Shown piece by piece: positions 24,025 to 34,545 of a stretch of DNA of 64,000 bases. Where the stretch lies: positions 2,131 to 66,130 of the forward strand of contig MTNR01000061.1 of NCBI GenBank assembly GCA_002011495.1. Direction: 5' to 3'. The stretch is from Dehalococcoides sp. JdFR-56 (GTDB lineage: Bacteria; Chloroflexota; Dehalococcoidia; Dehalococcoidales; RBG-16-60-22). The notes beneath the pieces were generated by a model. That model was given only the letters and a program-made list of their open reading frames with translations. It had not been told where the DNA came from and made no database searches. The stretch's first letter is position 1, and the number at the start of each line of letters is the position of its first letter. The position numbers and the translations under genes are program-made.

Positions 24025-25740
24025 ATGGACTCGCACTTAAATATTATGGTGGCCGGGGAGGCGGGCCAGGGGGTGCAGTCGGTGGGCTTCATCCTGGCCA
24101 AGGCGTTCGCCCGTGGTGGCTACCATGTTTTTGCTGACCAGGACTACGAATCCAGAGTAAGAGGCGGGCACAACTTCTTCCGCGTCAGGGTTAAGGAGGC
24201 AAGGGTGCGGGCCATTAGCGAGCCTCTGGACATATTGCTTGCCCTAAATGAGGAGAGCCTGGCGCTGCGCCGGGGTGAGCTGGCTACGGGAGGGGTGGCC
24301 ATATTTGATGGAGAAAAGGTGGGGGATATTAGCGATAGCGGCCGGCTCTTCAGCGTGCCGCTGGAGAGGCTCGCCGAGGAGCGGGCGGCTAGTAAGCTCA
24401 TGGCAAACACGGTGGCGCTGGGGAGCGCCCTGGGTCTGGTGGGATATGACTTCGGGATAGCGGAGGGGCTTTTGTGTGAGCATTTTGGCACCGGCGAAAC
24501 CGGTGAGGCTAATGTCAGGGTGGCTCGGGCCGGATATGATTATGTCCGTGAGCATTTTGAAGGGGATTTTGACGTTCACCTGGGTGCCACCAATCCGAGC
24601 CGGCGAATGCTGCTTACGGGCAATGAGGCCATAGCGCTGGGGGCGATAGCCGCTGGCTGCAAATTCGTGGCAGCATATCCCATGACCCCGGCCACTTCCA
24701 TCATGGAGTACCTGGCAGCCAAGGCGGAGGAATTCGGGCTGGTGGTCATGCAGCCAGAGGACGAGATAGCCGCCATAAACATGGTGATCGGGGCCAGCTA
24801 CGCCGGCGTGAGAGCGATGACTGCCACCTCAGGGGGCGGTTTCTGCCTTATGGTGGAGGGCTTGGGTCTGGCTGGCATGACCGAGACCCCCATCGTGGTG
24901 GTTGAGGCACAGCGTCCTGGTCCGGCCATAGGCCTGCCCACCCGGACAGAGCAGGGTGACCTTGAATTTATCCTCCATGCTGCGCACGGGGAGTTCCCCC
25001 GGGCGGTTCTCGCCCCGGGCACAATTGAAGATTGCTTCTGGCTCACTTTCCAGGCCTTCAACCTGGCAGAGAGGTATCAGTTGCCCGTTATCTTGCTGAC
25101 TGACCACCATCTGGCCAGCTCCTACGCCACGGTTGATGAGTTTGACCTCTCCGGGCTGGCCATAGACAGGGGGCTTCTCTTTGAGCCAAATGAAGCCGCT
25201 GGCCTGGAGTATAAAAGGCACAGGATAACCGATTCCGGCATATCACCGAGGGCCTTTCTCGGGGAAGAAGGCGTGCTGGTGGTGACTGATTCTGATGAGC
25301 ACGGTGAGGATGGGCATCTCATCGAAGATGCCGAGACCCGAACTCGGATGATGCAGAAGCGAATGCGCAAACTGCTTGGTTTGCAAAAGGAGATGGCGCC
25401 TCCAGAGCGAGATGGCCCCGAGGGAGCGGACACTTTGCTTATTGGCTGGGGAAGCACTCAAGGCGCCATTCTTGAGGCGGCGGACATCCTGCGCGGGGAA
25501 GGCACCAGTGTCAGCTCCCTGCATCTCTCAGAGCTCTGGCCTTTTCCTGCTGAAGCCGTATCTCGGGCGCTGGGCAGGGCGCGGCGAAGCTACGTCATTG
25601 AGAATAATGCCACGGGACAGCTCGCCAACCTGATCCAGAGGGAGACGGGGCGAAACATCACCGGGCGAATTCTGAAGTATGATGGGCGCCCCTTCACCCC
25701 CGCCCGGATCGCTCAAGAGGTAAGAAAGGAGGGTGGCTAG
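24025..25740 (+). CDS. korA: 2-oxoacid:ferredoxin oxidoreductase, fused gamma-alpha subunit
   Basis: N-terminal gamma-type IMVAGEAGQGVQSVG...YESRVRGGHN, then alpha-type LLTGNEAIALGAIAAGCKFVAAYPMTPATSI. The start was moved to ATG at 24025 (GAGAGGTGAGG upstream). Confidence 0.85.
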   Translation: MDSHLNIMVAGEAGQGVQSVGFILAKAFARGGYHVFADQDYESRVRGGHNFFRVRVKEARVRAISEPLDILLALNEESLALRRGELATGGVAIFDGEKVGDISDSGRLFSVPLERLAEERAASKLMANTVALGSALGLVGYDFGIAEGLLCEHFGTGETGEANVRVARAGYDYVREHFEGDFDVHLGATNPSRRMLLTGNEAIALGAIAAGCKFVAAYPMTPATSIMEYLAAKAEEFGLVVMQPEDEIAAINMVIGASYAGVRAMTATSGGGFCLMVEGLGLAGMTETPIVVVEAQRPGPAIGLPTRTEQGDLEFILHAAHGEFPRAVLAPGTIEDCFWLTFQAFNLAERYQLPVILLTDHHLASSYATVDEFDLSGLAIDRGLLFEPNEAAGLEYKRHRITDSGISPRAFLGEEGVLVVTDSDEHGEDGHLIEDAETRTRMMQKRMRKLLGLQKEMAPPERDGPEGADTLLIGWGSTQGAILEAADILRGEGTSVSSLHLSELWPFPAEAVSRALGRARRSYVIENNATGQLANLIQRETGRNITGRILKYDGRPFTPARIAQEVRKEGG

Positions 25741-25741
25741 C

Positions 25742-26596
25742 ATGGTGAAATTGGCTGATTATGCCGGCCTGGACAGCGCTTGGTGCCCGGGCTGTGGCAA
25801 CTTTGGCATATTGGCGGCGCTAAAACAGGCGCTGGTTGAGCTTGATATTGAGCCGCACCGGGTGCTCATCACCTCCGGCATCGGGCAGGCGGGAAAGCTG
25901 CCCCATTACCTCAGGTGCAACCTGTTTAACTCCCTTCACGGCAGGCCAGTTCCTCCAGCCATTGGCGCCAAAATAGCCAATCCTGACCTTGTAGTTATCG
26001 CGGTCAGCGGCGATGGCGATGCCTATGGGGAAGGGGGAAACCACTTTGTCCACGCGGCGCGGCGCAATCACGATATCACCTATCTCGTGCACGATAACCA
26101 GGTCTATGGTCTCACCAAAGGGCAGGCATCCCCCACCAGCGATGAGGACTTCATCACCAAGACCACGCCTCATGGGGCACCGCTGCCGGTGAATCCCATC
26201 GCTCTGGCGATAGCCGCCGGGGCCAGCTTCGTGGCCAGGGGCTTTGCCGGGGATGTGGAGCATCTCGTCGGTCTCTTGCGAGCTGGCATCACTCACCGGG
26301 GCTTTGCCCTCATTGATGTGCTCCAACCCTGTGTCTCCTTCAACCATAAGAACACCTACCGCTGGTATCGGGAGAGGGTGTATAAGCTGGAGGATGAGCC
26401 AGACTATGACCCGGCTGACAGAATGGCAGCCTTTGCCAAGGCCCAGGAGTGGGGCGAGCGAATACCGACCGGGCTGATATATCGGAAAGTGCGGGCCACC
26501 TTTGAAGAGCAATTGCCTGCGCTGCGCCGGGGGTCGCTGGTCGAGCAAAAGCTTGAGCCGGCGCCAGTCGCAAGGCTGCTCGGCGAGTTCACCTAG
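25742..26596 (+). CDS. korB: 2-oxoacid:ferredoxin oxidoreductase beta (TPP-binding) subunit
   Basis: [11 protein letters not shown] and [12 protein letters not shown] (TPP/Mg motif). ATG at 25742 lies 8 nt after AAGGAGGG. The GTG at 25733 is an alternative start. Confidence 0.85.
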   Translation: MVKLADYAGLDSAWCPGCGNFGILAALKQALVELDIEPHRVLITSGIGQAGKLPHYLRCNLFNSLHGRPVPPAIGAKIANPDLVVIAVSGDGDAYGEGGNHFVHAARRNHDITYLVHDNQVYGLTKGQASPTSDEDFITKTTPHGAPLPVNPIALAIAAGASFVARGFAGDVEHLVGLLRAGITHRGFALIDVLQPCVSFNHKNTYRWYRERVYKLEDEPDYDPADRMAAFAKAQEWGERIPTGLIYRKVRATFEEQLPALRRGSLVEQKLEPAPVARLLGEFT

Positions 26597-27681
26597 GTGG
26601 TAGCGGAAGGTGCCGGCCCGGTGAGGAAAAATTTTCTCCTGAAGTAGAGTGCCACATTCACCAAGCTGATGAGCGCTGGCACCTCCACCAGCGGCCCGAT
26701 AACCGCGGCGAACGCCTGTCCAGAGCCGATGCCGAACACGGCCACCGCCACGGCGATGGCCAGCTCAAAATTGTTACTGGCGGCAGTGAAGGCGATGGTA
26801 GTGGTCACCGGGTAGCTGGCACCGATTTTCTTCCCCATGTAGAAGGAGACGAGGAACATGACTACGAAGTATGCCAGCAGCGGCACCGCGATACGGACCA
26901 CGTCCAGCGGTATCTGCACGATAAGCTCGCCCTTGAGGGAGAACATGACCACAATGGTGAAGAGAAGTGCCGCCAGCGTGACCGGGCTTATCTTGGGGAT
27001 GAACTTACCCTCATACCAATCCCGCCCCTTTCTCTTTATCAGGGCAAAGCGGGTGATCATGCCGCCGAAGAAGGGTATGCCGAGATAAATGAACACGCTC
27101 TTGGCTATCTCGGCCATGGTTACCTCAACGGTGGAGCCTTTCAGGCCAAACCAGCCGGGGAGTATGGTGATGAAAATATAGGCATAAACGGTGTAGAAGA
27201 CGATCTGGAATACGGAGTTGAAGGCCACCAGACCTGCGGCGTACTCATGGTCACCGTGGGCAAGCTCGTTCCAGACGATGACCATGGCAATGCAGCGCGC
27301 CAGCCCAATCATGATCAGGCCCACCATGTATTCGGGTTGGGGCCAGAGAAAACCCAGGAAAAGAATCGCCAGGAAGAACATCAGCATCGGGCCGATGAGC
27401 CAGTTCTGCACTAGTGATAGCCCCAGCACCCTCCAGTTGCGGAACACATCCCCCAGTTCCTCATATTTCACCTTGGCCAAAGGTGGGTACATCATCAAAA
27501 TCAGCCCGATGGCGATGGGGATAGAGGTGGTGTCCATCTTGAAGTAGCCGATGAAATCGGCCACCTGCGGGACGAAGTAGCCCAGTCCCACCCCAAAGCC
27601 CATGGCTAGAAATATCCACAGGGTGAGGAAGCGGTCAAGTACAGATAGCTGGCGGGCGATACTTGGCTCGGTATCATGCAT
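26593..27681 (-). CDS. acr3: ACR3-family arsenite efflux permease
   Basis: [24 protein letters not shown]...[21 protein letters not shown] matches the ACR3 N-terminal signature. About 10 TM segments. GGGAGG lies upstream of the ATG. Confidence 0.85.
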   Translation of the reverse strand: MHDTEPSIARQLSVLDRFLTLWIFLAMGFGVGLGYFVPQVADFIGYFKMDTTSIPIAIGLILMMYPPLAKVKYEELGDVFRNWRVLGLSLVQNWLIGPMLMFFLAILFLGFLWPQPEYMVGLIMIGLARCIAMVIVWNELAHGDHEYAAGLVAFNSVFQIVFYTVYAYIFITILPGWFGLKGSTVEVTMAEIAKSVFIYLGIPFFGGMITRFALIKRKGRDWYEGKFIPKISPVTLAALLFTIVVMFSLKGELIVQIPLDVVRIAVPLLAYFVVMFLVSFYMGKKIGASYPVTTTIAFTAASNNFELAIAVAVAVFGIGSGQAFAAVIGPLVEVPALISLVNVALYFRRKFFLTGPAPSATT

Positions 27682-27993
27682 GGCTTGCCTCCCTACCGCT
27701 CAAGGCGGGGTGTGGAAAGCTCGCTGTGTTCACTAAATCTGGCATGTCATCCTTCATCCCTTCCTTGGTGTCTAGGGCGTGAACTGACCACAAGCCATCT
27801 TTCCTCAGACCTGAGAAGACCGGCGTCATGCGGAGAGCGCTCAAAGCTGTGGGAAGGCCCTAGTCTGGGATATGATAAGCCCCACGGCGGTGAGCTGTCA
27901 ACGGCTTATTGAGGAGTGCCGAGTGGTATCAGCGAGGTAGGTTGCTGCGGCGTTGGCCTTTACCCTATACTGTTATACCAGAGGAGGGTGGAG

Positions 27994-28689
27994 ATGAGCT
28001 TGAGAAAGATTCTAGTGGTTGAGGATGATGCCACCCTGCTTGACGTCTTGAAGTATAATCTGGAGAAAGAGGGGTATCTGGTCATCACCGCCGCCGATGG
28101 CGCACAGGCGCTGGAATCAGCCCGCGCCGAGCGGCCGGACCTTATCATTCTGGATATCATGCTGCCTGGGCTGAGTGGGTTTGAGGTTTGCCGGATTCTG
28201 CGCAAGGAGATGATCGTCCCCATCTTGATGCTCACGGCCAAGACGGAAGAGGTTGACAAAATAGTCGGGCTGGAAATCGGGGCGGATGACTACATGACCA
28301 AGCCCTTCAGCATGCGGGAGCTGCTGGCCCGAATAAGGGCCATGCTCCGCAGGGCCGAAATCGGGCGACTTGAGCCAGCTGGCGACCAGCAGCGGCTGAA
28401 GGCGGGCGACCTGGAGATTGATATAGCCCGGCATCAGGTCTTTCTCGGAGGGACAAAAACGGAGCTCTCTCCCAAGGAGTTTGACCTGCTTGCTTTCCTT
28501 GCCAGGCACCGTGGGTTTGTCTTCAGCCGGGAGCAGCTTTTGGAGAAGGTGTGGGGCTATGATTACACTGGCGATGCCCGGACCGTGGATGTCCATGTGC
28601 GCTGGCTTCGGCAGAAAATCGAGAGTGACCCGGCCCATCCCAAACGTCTGGTTACCGTGAGAGGGGCCGGTTATAAGCTGGAAGGCTAG
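27994..28689 (+). CDS. OmpR/PhoB-family response regulator
   Basis: [27 protein letters not shown], and a C-terminal winged helix ([15 protein letters not shown]...[14 protein letters not shown]...VRGAGY). The start was moved to ATG at 27994, with GAGGAGGG 5 nt upstream. Confidence 0.9.
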   Translation: MSLRKILVVEDDATLLDVLKYNLEKEGYLVITAADGAQALESARAERPDLIILDIMLPGLSGFEVCRILRKEMIVPILMLTAKTEEVDKIVGLEIGADDYMTKPFSMRELLARIRAMLRRAEIGRLEPAGDQQRLKAGDLEIDIARHQVFLGGTKTELSPKEFDLLAFLARHRGFVFSREQLLEKVWGYDYTGDARTVDVHVRWLRQKIESDPAHPKRLVTVRGAGYKLEG

Positions 28690-28719
28690 AACGCGGCTAT
28701 ATCCAGCTTGAATCTTGGT

Positions 28720-29985
28720 TTAAGACTTGGCAGTGGGAAGGCTGAAGGCAACGGTGGTGCCCTTTCCCTCCTCACTCTCCGCCCAGATACGGCCGCCGTG
28801 AGCCTGCACTATGTGCTTGGCGATGGCCAGCCCCAGCCCGGTGCCCCCGCCCGAGCGCGCTTGGTCAACTTTGTAGAAGCGTTCAAAGATGCGGGGCAGG
28901 TCATCAGCGGGGATACCGATCCCAGTATCGCTGACTGATATCAGCACGTGGTCATCCTCCACCAGTGACGAGATGGTTATCTTGCCCTTCGGGGGCGTGA
29001 ACTTGATGGCATTGTGAATCACGTTGACCAAGACCTGCTCCACCCTGTCCTCATCGCCCATGACCGGAGGCAAATTCGCCGGCATATCCAGAATCAGCTC
29101 AAGCTGCGCCCTTTCCGCCTGCGGCCTGAGCCTCTCCACCACTCGTCTGGCTACTTCAGTCACGTCTAGTGGTTTCAGCTTGAGGGGGGAATCACCGCTC
29201 TCAATGCGGGATAGTTCGCTCAGCTCGCTTGCCATCTGGGCCAGTTTATCCGTCTCAACGTGCATTCGGTGCAGGAAGTCCTGGGCCACGTCCTTGTCGG
29301 CGATGGCGCCATCCTGCAGCGTCTCGACCAGGGCCTTGAGCGAGGCGATGGGCGTGCGTAGTTCGTGCGATATGTTCCCGATGAAGTCCCGGCGCATCTT
29401 CTCCAGACGCCGGACGTTGGTGAGGTCCTGCACCAGCACCAGGGCGCCATGGCTTAACGGGGTGGCGGCAAGCTCAAGGTACCGCCGGCTTCCCGCCACT
29501 TGGACTGCTCCCACCTGCTTCTCGTTTGTTTCCAGACACCTCCGCACTATGCTGTCCATTTCATGGTCGCGAGCTAGACTGATGAAGGGGCGGCCAAGGG
29601 CGGACTCGCCGCTAACCCCAAACAGCCTCTCCGCAGTTTGGTTGAGCATGGTCACCTCGCTGTCCTTGTTGACCAGGAGCACGCCAGCACCGATGGTGGA
29701 CAGGATGGCGGCGAGCTTTTCTCTCTCCTCAGCAAGGTCGCCCGTTATCGATTTAAGCTTGGCTTCCCATAGTTTTAAGGCCTCAGCCAGCTCCTCAACC
29801 TTGCCCCCCGGCGCCATCCGGGCGCTTGAGTCAGCCGGGGTATCTACCGCCCTTCTGGCCATCTCAGTAAGCGCCCTTAAACCCTCTCTGGTGGCGCTTG
29901 CTCGTCTCAGCAGTAGCAGCGTGATGGATATGGAGGCGAGGGTGAGCAGGATGAGCAGAGCCAGAACTATACCTTCCATGCCCAA
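28720..29985 (-). CDS. phoR: PhoR-like sensor histidine kinase (TM - PAS - HisKA - HATPase_c)
   Basis: N-terminal TM helix, H-box FIGNISHELRTPIASL, N box NVIHNAIKFT, and G boxes DTGIGI / GGTGLGLAI. It is the last gene of the pstSCAB-phoU string. Confidence 0.8.
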   Translation of the reverse strand: MGMEGIVLALLILLTLASISITLLLLRRASATREGLRALTEMARRAVDTPADSSARMAPGGKVEELAEALKLWEAKLKSITGDLAEEREKLAAILSTIGAGVLLVNKDSEVTMLNQTAERLFGVSGESALGRPFISLARDHEMDSIVRRCLETNEKQVGAVQVAGSRRYLELAATPLSHGALVLVQDLTNVRRLEKMRRDFIGNISHELRTPIASLKALVETLQDGAIADKDVAQDFLHRMHVETDKLAQMASELSELSRIESGDSPLKLKPLDVTEVARRVVERLRPQAERAQLELILDMPANLPPVMGDEDRVEQVLVNVIHNAIKFTPPKGKITISSLVEDDHVLISVSDTGIGIPADDLPRIFERFYKVDQARSGGGTGLGLAIAKHIVQAHGGRIWAESEEGKGTTVAFSLPTAKS

Positions 29986-30061
29986 AGCCGTCCTTCAAAA
30001 TAGCTGAAACCAAGGGCTTTCATGGTCAGCAATGATGACCTAGTTTCAACTTCATTTGAGA

Positions 30062-30730
30062 CTAGTACTTGGAGGCTCCTATCTCCTCCATCTTCCCGGT
30101 GACGAAGTAGACCACCCTCTCGCAGATGTTGGTCACCCTGTCAGCGCTGCGCTCTAGATTATGGGCAACCCAGATGAGGCGGGTGGCTCGGGTGATGGTC
30201 TTGGGGTCTTCCACCATGAAGCTGATAAGCTCCCGGAAGACCTGGTCGTAGAGGGCGTCCACCTCGTTATCCTCGCTGACCACTTTTCTCGCCGTCTCGG
30301 TATCGCAGGTGACAAAGGCTTCAAGGCTGCGATGCAGCATACTCGCTGTCTTTTCCGCCATCCGAGGGACGTCGATGAGGGGTTTCAGGGGTGGCTCGTC
30401 TCCTATCATGATGACGATCTTGGCAATCCCCTCAGCGTAGTCGCCGATTCGCTCTAGTTCAGTTATGATATTGAGGATGCAGATAATGCTGCGCAGGTCA
30501 CTGGCCATGGGTTGTTGGGTGGCGATAAGCTGGATGCATTTCTCCTCTATATCGAACCGTTTCTCGTTGATCTTCTGGTCTTCGGCGATTATCCGATGGG
30601 CCATTTCCAGGTCTCTGTTTTTCAGCGCCTCAATGGAACGCATGATGGCCTTCTCCACCATGCTGCCCATCGCCAGGATATCATTCTGTATCTCCCGCAA
30701 TCTCTTATGAAAGGCCGTTCTCATTTCCAT
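30062..30730 (-). CDS. phoU: phosphate signalling regulator PhoU
   Basis: Two PhoU repeats, each with an ExxxD metal motif (ELERIGDYAE ... NLERSADRVTN). The start was moved to ATG at 30730 (GGAGG 9 nt upstream). Confidence 0.9.
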   Translation of the reverse strand: MEMRTAFHKRLREIQNDILAMGSMVEKAIMRSIEALKNRDLEMAHRIIAEDQKINEKRFDIEEKCIQLIATQQPMASDLRSIICILNIITELERIGDYAEGIAKIVIMIGDEPPLKPLIDVPRMAEKTASMLHRSLEAFVTCDTETARKVVSEDNEVDALYDQVFRELISFMVEDPKTITRATRLIWVAHNLERSADRVTNICERVVYFVTGKMEEIGASKY

Positions 30731-30753
30731 GCTCACCACCTCCACTTATTTTT

Positions 30754-31524
30754 TTACCCGAACCGCCCGGTGATGTAATCTTCAGTGCGTTTATCTTTGG
30801 GATTGGCGAAGAGCTCAGATGTTGGGCCGTACTCCACGACTATCCCGGCTCTGTCCTCCTCCATGGTCATGAAAGCGGTGGTGTCTGATACGCGCGCCGC
30901 CTGCTGCATATTGTGGGTGACGATGATAATAGTGTAGTCCTCCGCCAGGCTTCTCATCAAGTCCTCAATCTTGAGGGTGGCCACCGGGTCGAGGGCGCTG
31001 CAGGGCTCATCCATCAGGATGACGGCGGGCTCTATGGCGATGGCACGGGCGATGCACAGCCGCTGCTGTTGCCCTCCGGAGAGGGCCAGGGCGCTCTTGT
31101 GCAAGAGGTCCTTCACCTCGTCCCACAGGGCGGCACGCCGCAGTGAAGACTCCACGGCCTCGGCCAGGTTGCCTTGGTAGCCGTTGATGCGTAGCCCAAA
31201 GGCGACATTATCAAAAATGGACTTGGGAAAGGGGTTGGGCTTCTGGAAGACCATCCCCACCCGCGAGCGTATCTCCGTTGGGTCCACGCCCGGGGCGTAG
31301 ATATCCTGACCATCAAAGAGCACTTGCCCAGCTACCCGTGCCCCTGGGATGAGGTCGTTCATGCGGTTGAAGCAGCGCAGGAAGGTGCTTTTGCCACATC
31401 CTGAGGGGCCGATGACCGCGGTAACCTGATGGCGTGGGATGGTCAGGCTGATATTTCTTAAGGCTTGAAAATTGCCGTACCACATGTTAAGCCCTTTTAC
31501 CTCAATAATGCTGGAGCCAGGCAT
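30754..31524 (-). CDS. pstB: phosphate ABC transporter ATP-binding protein
   Basis: Walker [10 protein letters not shown], signature LSGGQQQR, Walker B ILMDEP, and the PstB-typical C-terminus YITGRFG. Confidence 0.95.
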   Translation of the reverse strand: MPGSSIIEVKGLNMWYGNFQALRNISLTIPRHQVTAVIGPSGCGKSTFLRCFNRMNDLIPGARVAGQVLFDGQDIYAPGVDPTEIRSRVGMVFQKPNPFPKSIFDNVAFGLRINGYQGNLAEAVESSLRRAALWDEVKDLLHKSALALSGGQQQRLCIARAIAIEPAVILMDEPCSALDPVATLKIEDLMRSLAEDYTIIIVTHNMQQAARVSDTTAFMTMEEDRAGIVVEYGPTSELFANPKDKRTEDYITGRFG

Positions 31525-31525
31525 C

Positions 31526-32407
31526 TTATCCCTCCGACCTTATCTGATAGCGATTTCTCAAATAAATGGCTATGGCGTTCATGGAGAGAAGAATCACCAG
31601 CAGCACGATGATGCCCGCGGCTGCCAGCCCCCGGAACTCATCTTGGGGCCGCGTCACCCAATTGAAGATCTGAATGGGCAGCACGGTGAACCTGTCCAGC
31701 GGGCTGGTGGGGACGAAGGTAAGATAAACGAGGGCGCTGATGGCGAGGACCGGAGCCGCCTCGCCGATAGCCCGGGACATGGCCAGGATGGTGCCGGTGA
31801 GAACCCCAGGGATGGCTGCAGGAAGCACCACGCCTTTGGTCACCTGCCATTTATCGGCCCCGAGGGCATAGGCGGCTTCCCGGTAGGTCCAGGGCACGGC
31901 GCGAATCGCCTCCCGGGAGGCCATGATGACAATGGGCAGCACCAATAGACCGAGGGTCAGGGCTCCGGCCAAGAGGCTCCGCCCCAGGGCCATCCAGCCA
32001 ACGAAGATGGTGAGGCCGAGGAGCCCATATACAATGGAAGGAACCCCCGCCAGATTGGAGATGTTCACCTCTATTAGTCGGGTCAGCCAGTTCTTGGGGG
32101 CGTACTCCTCCAGGTAGATGGCGGCGCCAACCCCCACGGGCACGGTGAAGGCGGCGGTCAGCACCATGAGCCAGACGGTTCCCACCAGCGCCGATAACAG
32201 CCCCGCCTGCTCTGGGTGCCGGGATGGGTAGCTGGTCAGGAAATGCCAGTTAAGCCAGGGTAGGCCTTGCACCAGCACCTGAACCAGCAGGGTGAGCAGG
32301 CCAGCGATGCCCACGAACACGGCGAGCAGAAACAGAATATGAAAGACGTCCCCCACCCCTTTCCTCAAGCGGAGCCGCCGGTGAAACAGTGTGGTAGCTT
32401 GTTGCAT
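31526..32407 (-). CDS. pstA: phosphate ABC transporter permease PstA
   Basis: Polytopic, with the EAA-loop region [13 protein letters not shown]. Its position between pstC and pstB fits. Confidence 0.9.
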   Translation of the reverse strand: MQQATTLFHRRLRLRKGVGDVFHILFLLAVFVGIAGLLTLLVQVLVQGLPWLNWHFLTSYPSRHPEQAGLLSALVGTVWLMVLTAAFTVPVGVGAAIYLEEYAPKNWLTRLIEVNISNLAGVPSIVYGLLGLTIFVGWMALGRSLLAGALTLGLLVLPIVIMASREAIRAVPWTYREAAYALGADKWQVTKGVVLPAAIPGVLTGTILAMSRAIGEAAPVLAISALVYLTFVPTSPLDRFTVLPIQIFNWVTRPQDEFRGLAAAGIIVLLVILLSMNAIAIYLRNRYQIRSEG

Positions 32408-33351
32408 CAGTATCTCTCCTGCCAGCGGCGGACCACCCAGTGACCCAGCAGGTTCATCACCAGGGTCATCAGGAAGAGCAGAAGTCCCACCGCAAAGATG
32501 GTGTTATACTCAAGCGAGCCGTGTGGCGTCTCTCCCAGGCTCAGTTGCACGATGAATGCGGTCATCGTCTGGATGCTCTCAAGAGGGTTAAAGGTCATCT
32601 TGGGGGTGGCGCCAGCGGCGATGGTTACCAGCATCGTCTCGCCGATAGCCCGGGAAAGCGCCAGGATGAAGGCGGCGATGATTCCGGAGAGGGCTGCCGG
32701 CACCGTCACGCGCAGGGCTACCTCCAGGCGCGTGGCCCCCAGCGCGTAAGCTCCTTCTCGCAGGGAGCGGGGCACCGCCAGCATGGCGTCCTCGCTGATG
32801 GAAGATACCATGGGGATTATCATCAGCCCCATGACCAGCCCGGCGCTCAGGGCGTTGAAGATGAGCATATCGGGGAACACCTTCTGCAGCAGCGGGCTGA
32901 TGAGGGTGAGGGCGAAGTAGCCGTAGACAACGGTGGGGATGCCAGCCAGAATCTCCAGGCTGGGCTTGATGATACGGCGCACCCGGTCCGGGGCGTATTC
33001 CGAGAGAAAAATGGCAGTGGCTATGCCCACCGGCATGGCCACGGCAGCGGCGATCACCGTCACCAGCAGGGTGCCTGCCACCAAGGGCAGCACGCCGAAG
33101 GACTGGGGAACAAGGATGGGAGCCCAGCGGGTGCCGGTGAGGAACTCCCATATCGAGACCTCTCGGAAGAAGCCCAGGGCTTGCGAGAGCAGGCTGACCA
33201 CGATGCCTAGCGTGGTGGCGATGGAGAGGAGGGCGCAGCCGAACAATAGCCAGTGGACAAGCTTGCTCTCCAAATGCTGCCACCCGCCCCGCATTGCCCT
33301 TGGCCCTGGGGGAAGGGCCGCGTCCCCAGCTTCAGCTAAGTGGCGTTTCAT
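32407..33351 (-). CDS. pstC: phosphate ABC transporter permease PstC
   Basis: Polytopic, with the EAA-loop [13 protein letters not shown]. It directly follows pstS. Confidence 0.9.
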   Translation of the reverse strand: MKRHLAEAGDAALPPGPRAMRGGWQHLESKLVHWLLFGCALLSIATTLGIVVSLLSQALGFFREVSIWEFLTGTRWAPILVPQSFGVLPLVAGTLLVTVIAAAVAMPVGIATAIFLSEYAPDRVRRIIKPSLEILAGIPTVVYGYFALTLISPLLQKVFPDMLIFNALSAGLVMGLMIIPMVSSISEDAMLAVPRSLREGAYALGATRLEVALRVTVPAALSGIIAAFILALSRAIGETMLVTIAAGATPKMTFNPLESIQTMTAFIVQLSLGETPHGSLEYNTIFAVGLLLFLMTLVMNLLGHWVVRRWQERY

Positions 33352-33425
33352 CGCGGCTCTCTTGATTTAATATTATCACGGGAAGTGCTGGCCGGTCACT
33401 CCTCTCAAAGCCCGGCGGATAGGCT

Positions 33426-34397
33426 TCATTGGATGCTCGCTAGGTTCTGCTGGTATATCTCAGCTTTCAGCGGGAGGTAACCCACCTCACGAACCAGCTG
33501 GGCCGCGTTCTCCATGTAGAACTCCAGGAAGGCTTTCACCTCGGGCCGCTCCAGGCTTTTCTTGTTGACGTAGATGAACAGCGGCCTGGAGAGTGGGGAA
33601 TACTCGCCGGACTGGATGGTGGCCTCGGTGGGCAGAACTGGGCCGTTCCCGCTATCAATGGCGACCAGCTTGAGCTTGTCCGCGTTCTCTGCGTAGTAGG
33701 CGTAACCGAAGTAACCCAAAGCATTGCGGTCACCGGCAATACCCTGTACCAGCACGTTATCATCTTCGCTTGCCGTGTAGTCTGAGCGGCTGGCGCGAGC
33801 CTGGCCCATGATGGCTTCGGTGAAGTAATCGAAGGTGCCGGAGTCAGTGCCGGGTCCGTAGAGATTGAGCCGCCGGCTCGGCCATTCTGGGCGGACGTCA
33901 TCCCAAGAATCAACCGTTGAGCTCGGCTCCCAGATTCGCTTCAGCTCCTCAACGGTGAGGTAGTCAACAAAGTCATTCTGCGGGTTCACCACCACAGAAA
34001 TGCCATCAAGGGCTACCTGGAGTTCAAGGTACTCGATTCCGTTGGCTTCCGCCTGCTGCGCCTCCAAGGGTTTGATGGGGCGGGAGGCATCGGAGATATC
34101 CGTTTCGCCGATGGTGAAGCGCTTGAAGCCGCCGCCGGTGCCCGAGACCCCCACGTTTACTTGGACGCCGGGATGAACCCTGTGGAACTCCTCGGCCACT
34201 GCTTCCGTGATGGGGTAAACCGTGCTGGAGCCGTCAATCTCGATGACCCCGCTGAGCTCCTGGGTGGCGGGTGACGGGGTGGCCGGTGGCGACTTGGCAC
34301 AGCCCGATACCAAGCTGCTTAAGAGCAGGCAGGATATGGCTAGCGTGGCTATCTTCATTATTTGCTTCTTATGTTTCTTACTCTCATATCTCTTCAT
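33426..34397 (-). CDS. pstS: phosphate-binding lipoprotein PstS
   Basis: Lipobox LVSGC followed by a Pro/Thr/Ser linker. GSSTVYPI and GTGGGF are phosphate-binding blocks. An alternative start at M14 (34358) would give a more canonical signal peptide ([13 protein letters not shown]). Confidence 0.9.
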   Translation of the reverse strand: MKRYESKKHKKQIMKIATLAISCLLLSSLVSGCAKSPPATPSPATQELSGVIEIDGSSTVYPITEAVAEEFHRVHPGVQVNVGVSGTGGGFKRFTIGETDISDASRPIKPLEAQQAEANGIEYLELQVALDGISVVVNPQNDFVDYLTVEELKRIWEPSSTVDSWDDVRPEWPSRRLNLYGPGTDSGTFDYFTEAIMGQARASRSDYTASEDDNVLVQGIAGDRNALGYFGYAYYAENADKLKLVAIDSGNGPVLPTEATIQSGEYSPLSRPLFIYVNKKSLERPEVKAFLEFYMENAAQLVREVGYLPLKAEIYQQNLASIQ

Positions 34398-34421
34398 CTC
34401 ACTTACATTATTGAGGATAAG

Positions 34422-34482
34422 GTTTAAGGGCGGGTTATGAACCGGTTAAATCCGGCTAAAAATTAGTTTAAGATTTTGTTAA
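34422..34482 (-). promoter_or_regulatory. Pho-box array: six direct hexamer repeats phased at exactly 11 bp upstream of pstS
   Basis: Read on the minus strand: TTAACA (34482..34477), TTAAAC (34471..34466), TTTAGC (34460..34455), TTAACC (34449..34444), ATAACC (34438..34433), TTAAAC (34427..34422). Each start is 11 nt from the next. This resembles the TT(A/T/C)ACA direct repeats bound by PhoP/PhoB-type regulators. Confidence 0.7.
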
Positions 34483-34545
34483 GCAGGGCAGGGGATGGTA
34501 GCTTAGCTTGCGGTCTGGCGATGTGGCCCGGTGCTGGGCTTGCCC

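Noticed and set aside
25820-26548. 242-aa minus-strand ORF
   Set aside because: It is antisense to korB (TPP motif present on the plus strand).
26593-26596. 4-nt overlap of the convergent korB and acr3 stop codons
   Set aside because: This is a trivial consequence of compact convergent genes. No hairpin or regulatory signal is visible.
29024-30007. 327-aa plus-strand ORF (Ser-rich)
   Set aside because: It is antisense to the PhoR-like kinase, whose H, N and G boxes are intact.
32440-33283. Two long ORFs (256 aa on plus, 231 aa on minus in another frame) inside pstC
   Set aside because: They overlap the pstC frame, which has the EAA loop and TM pattern. Their His/Gly/Arg-rich composition is non-protein-like.
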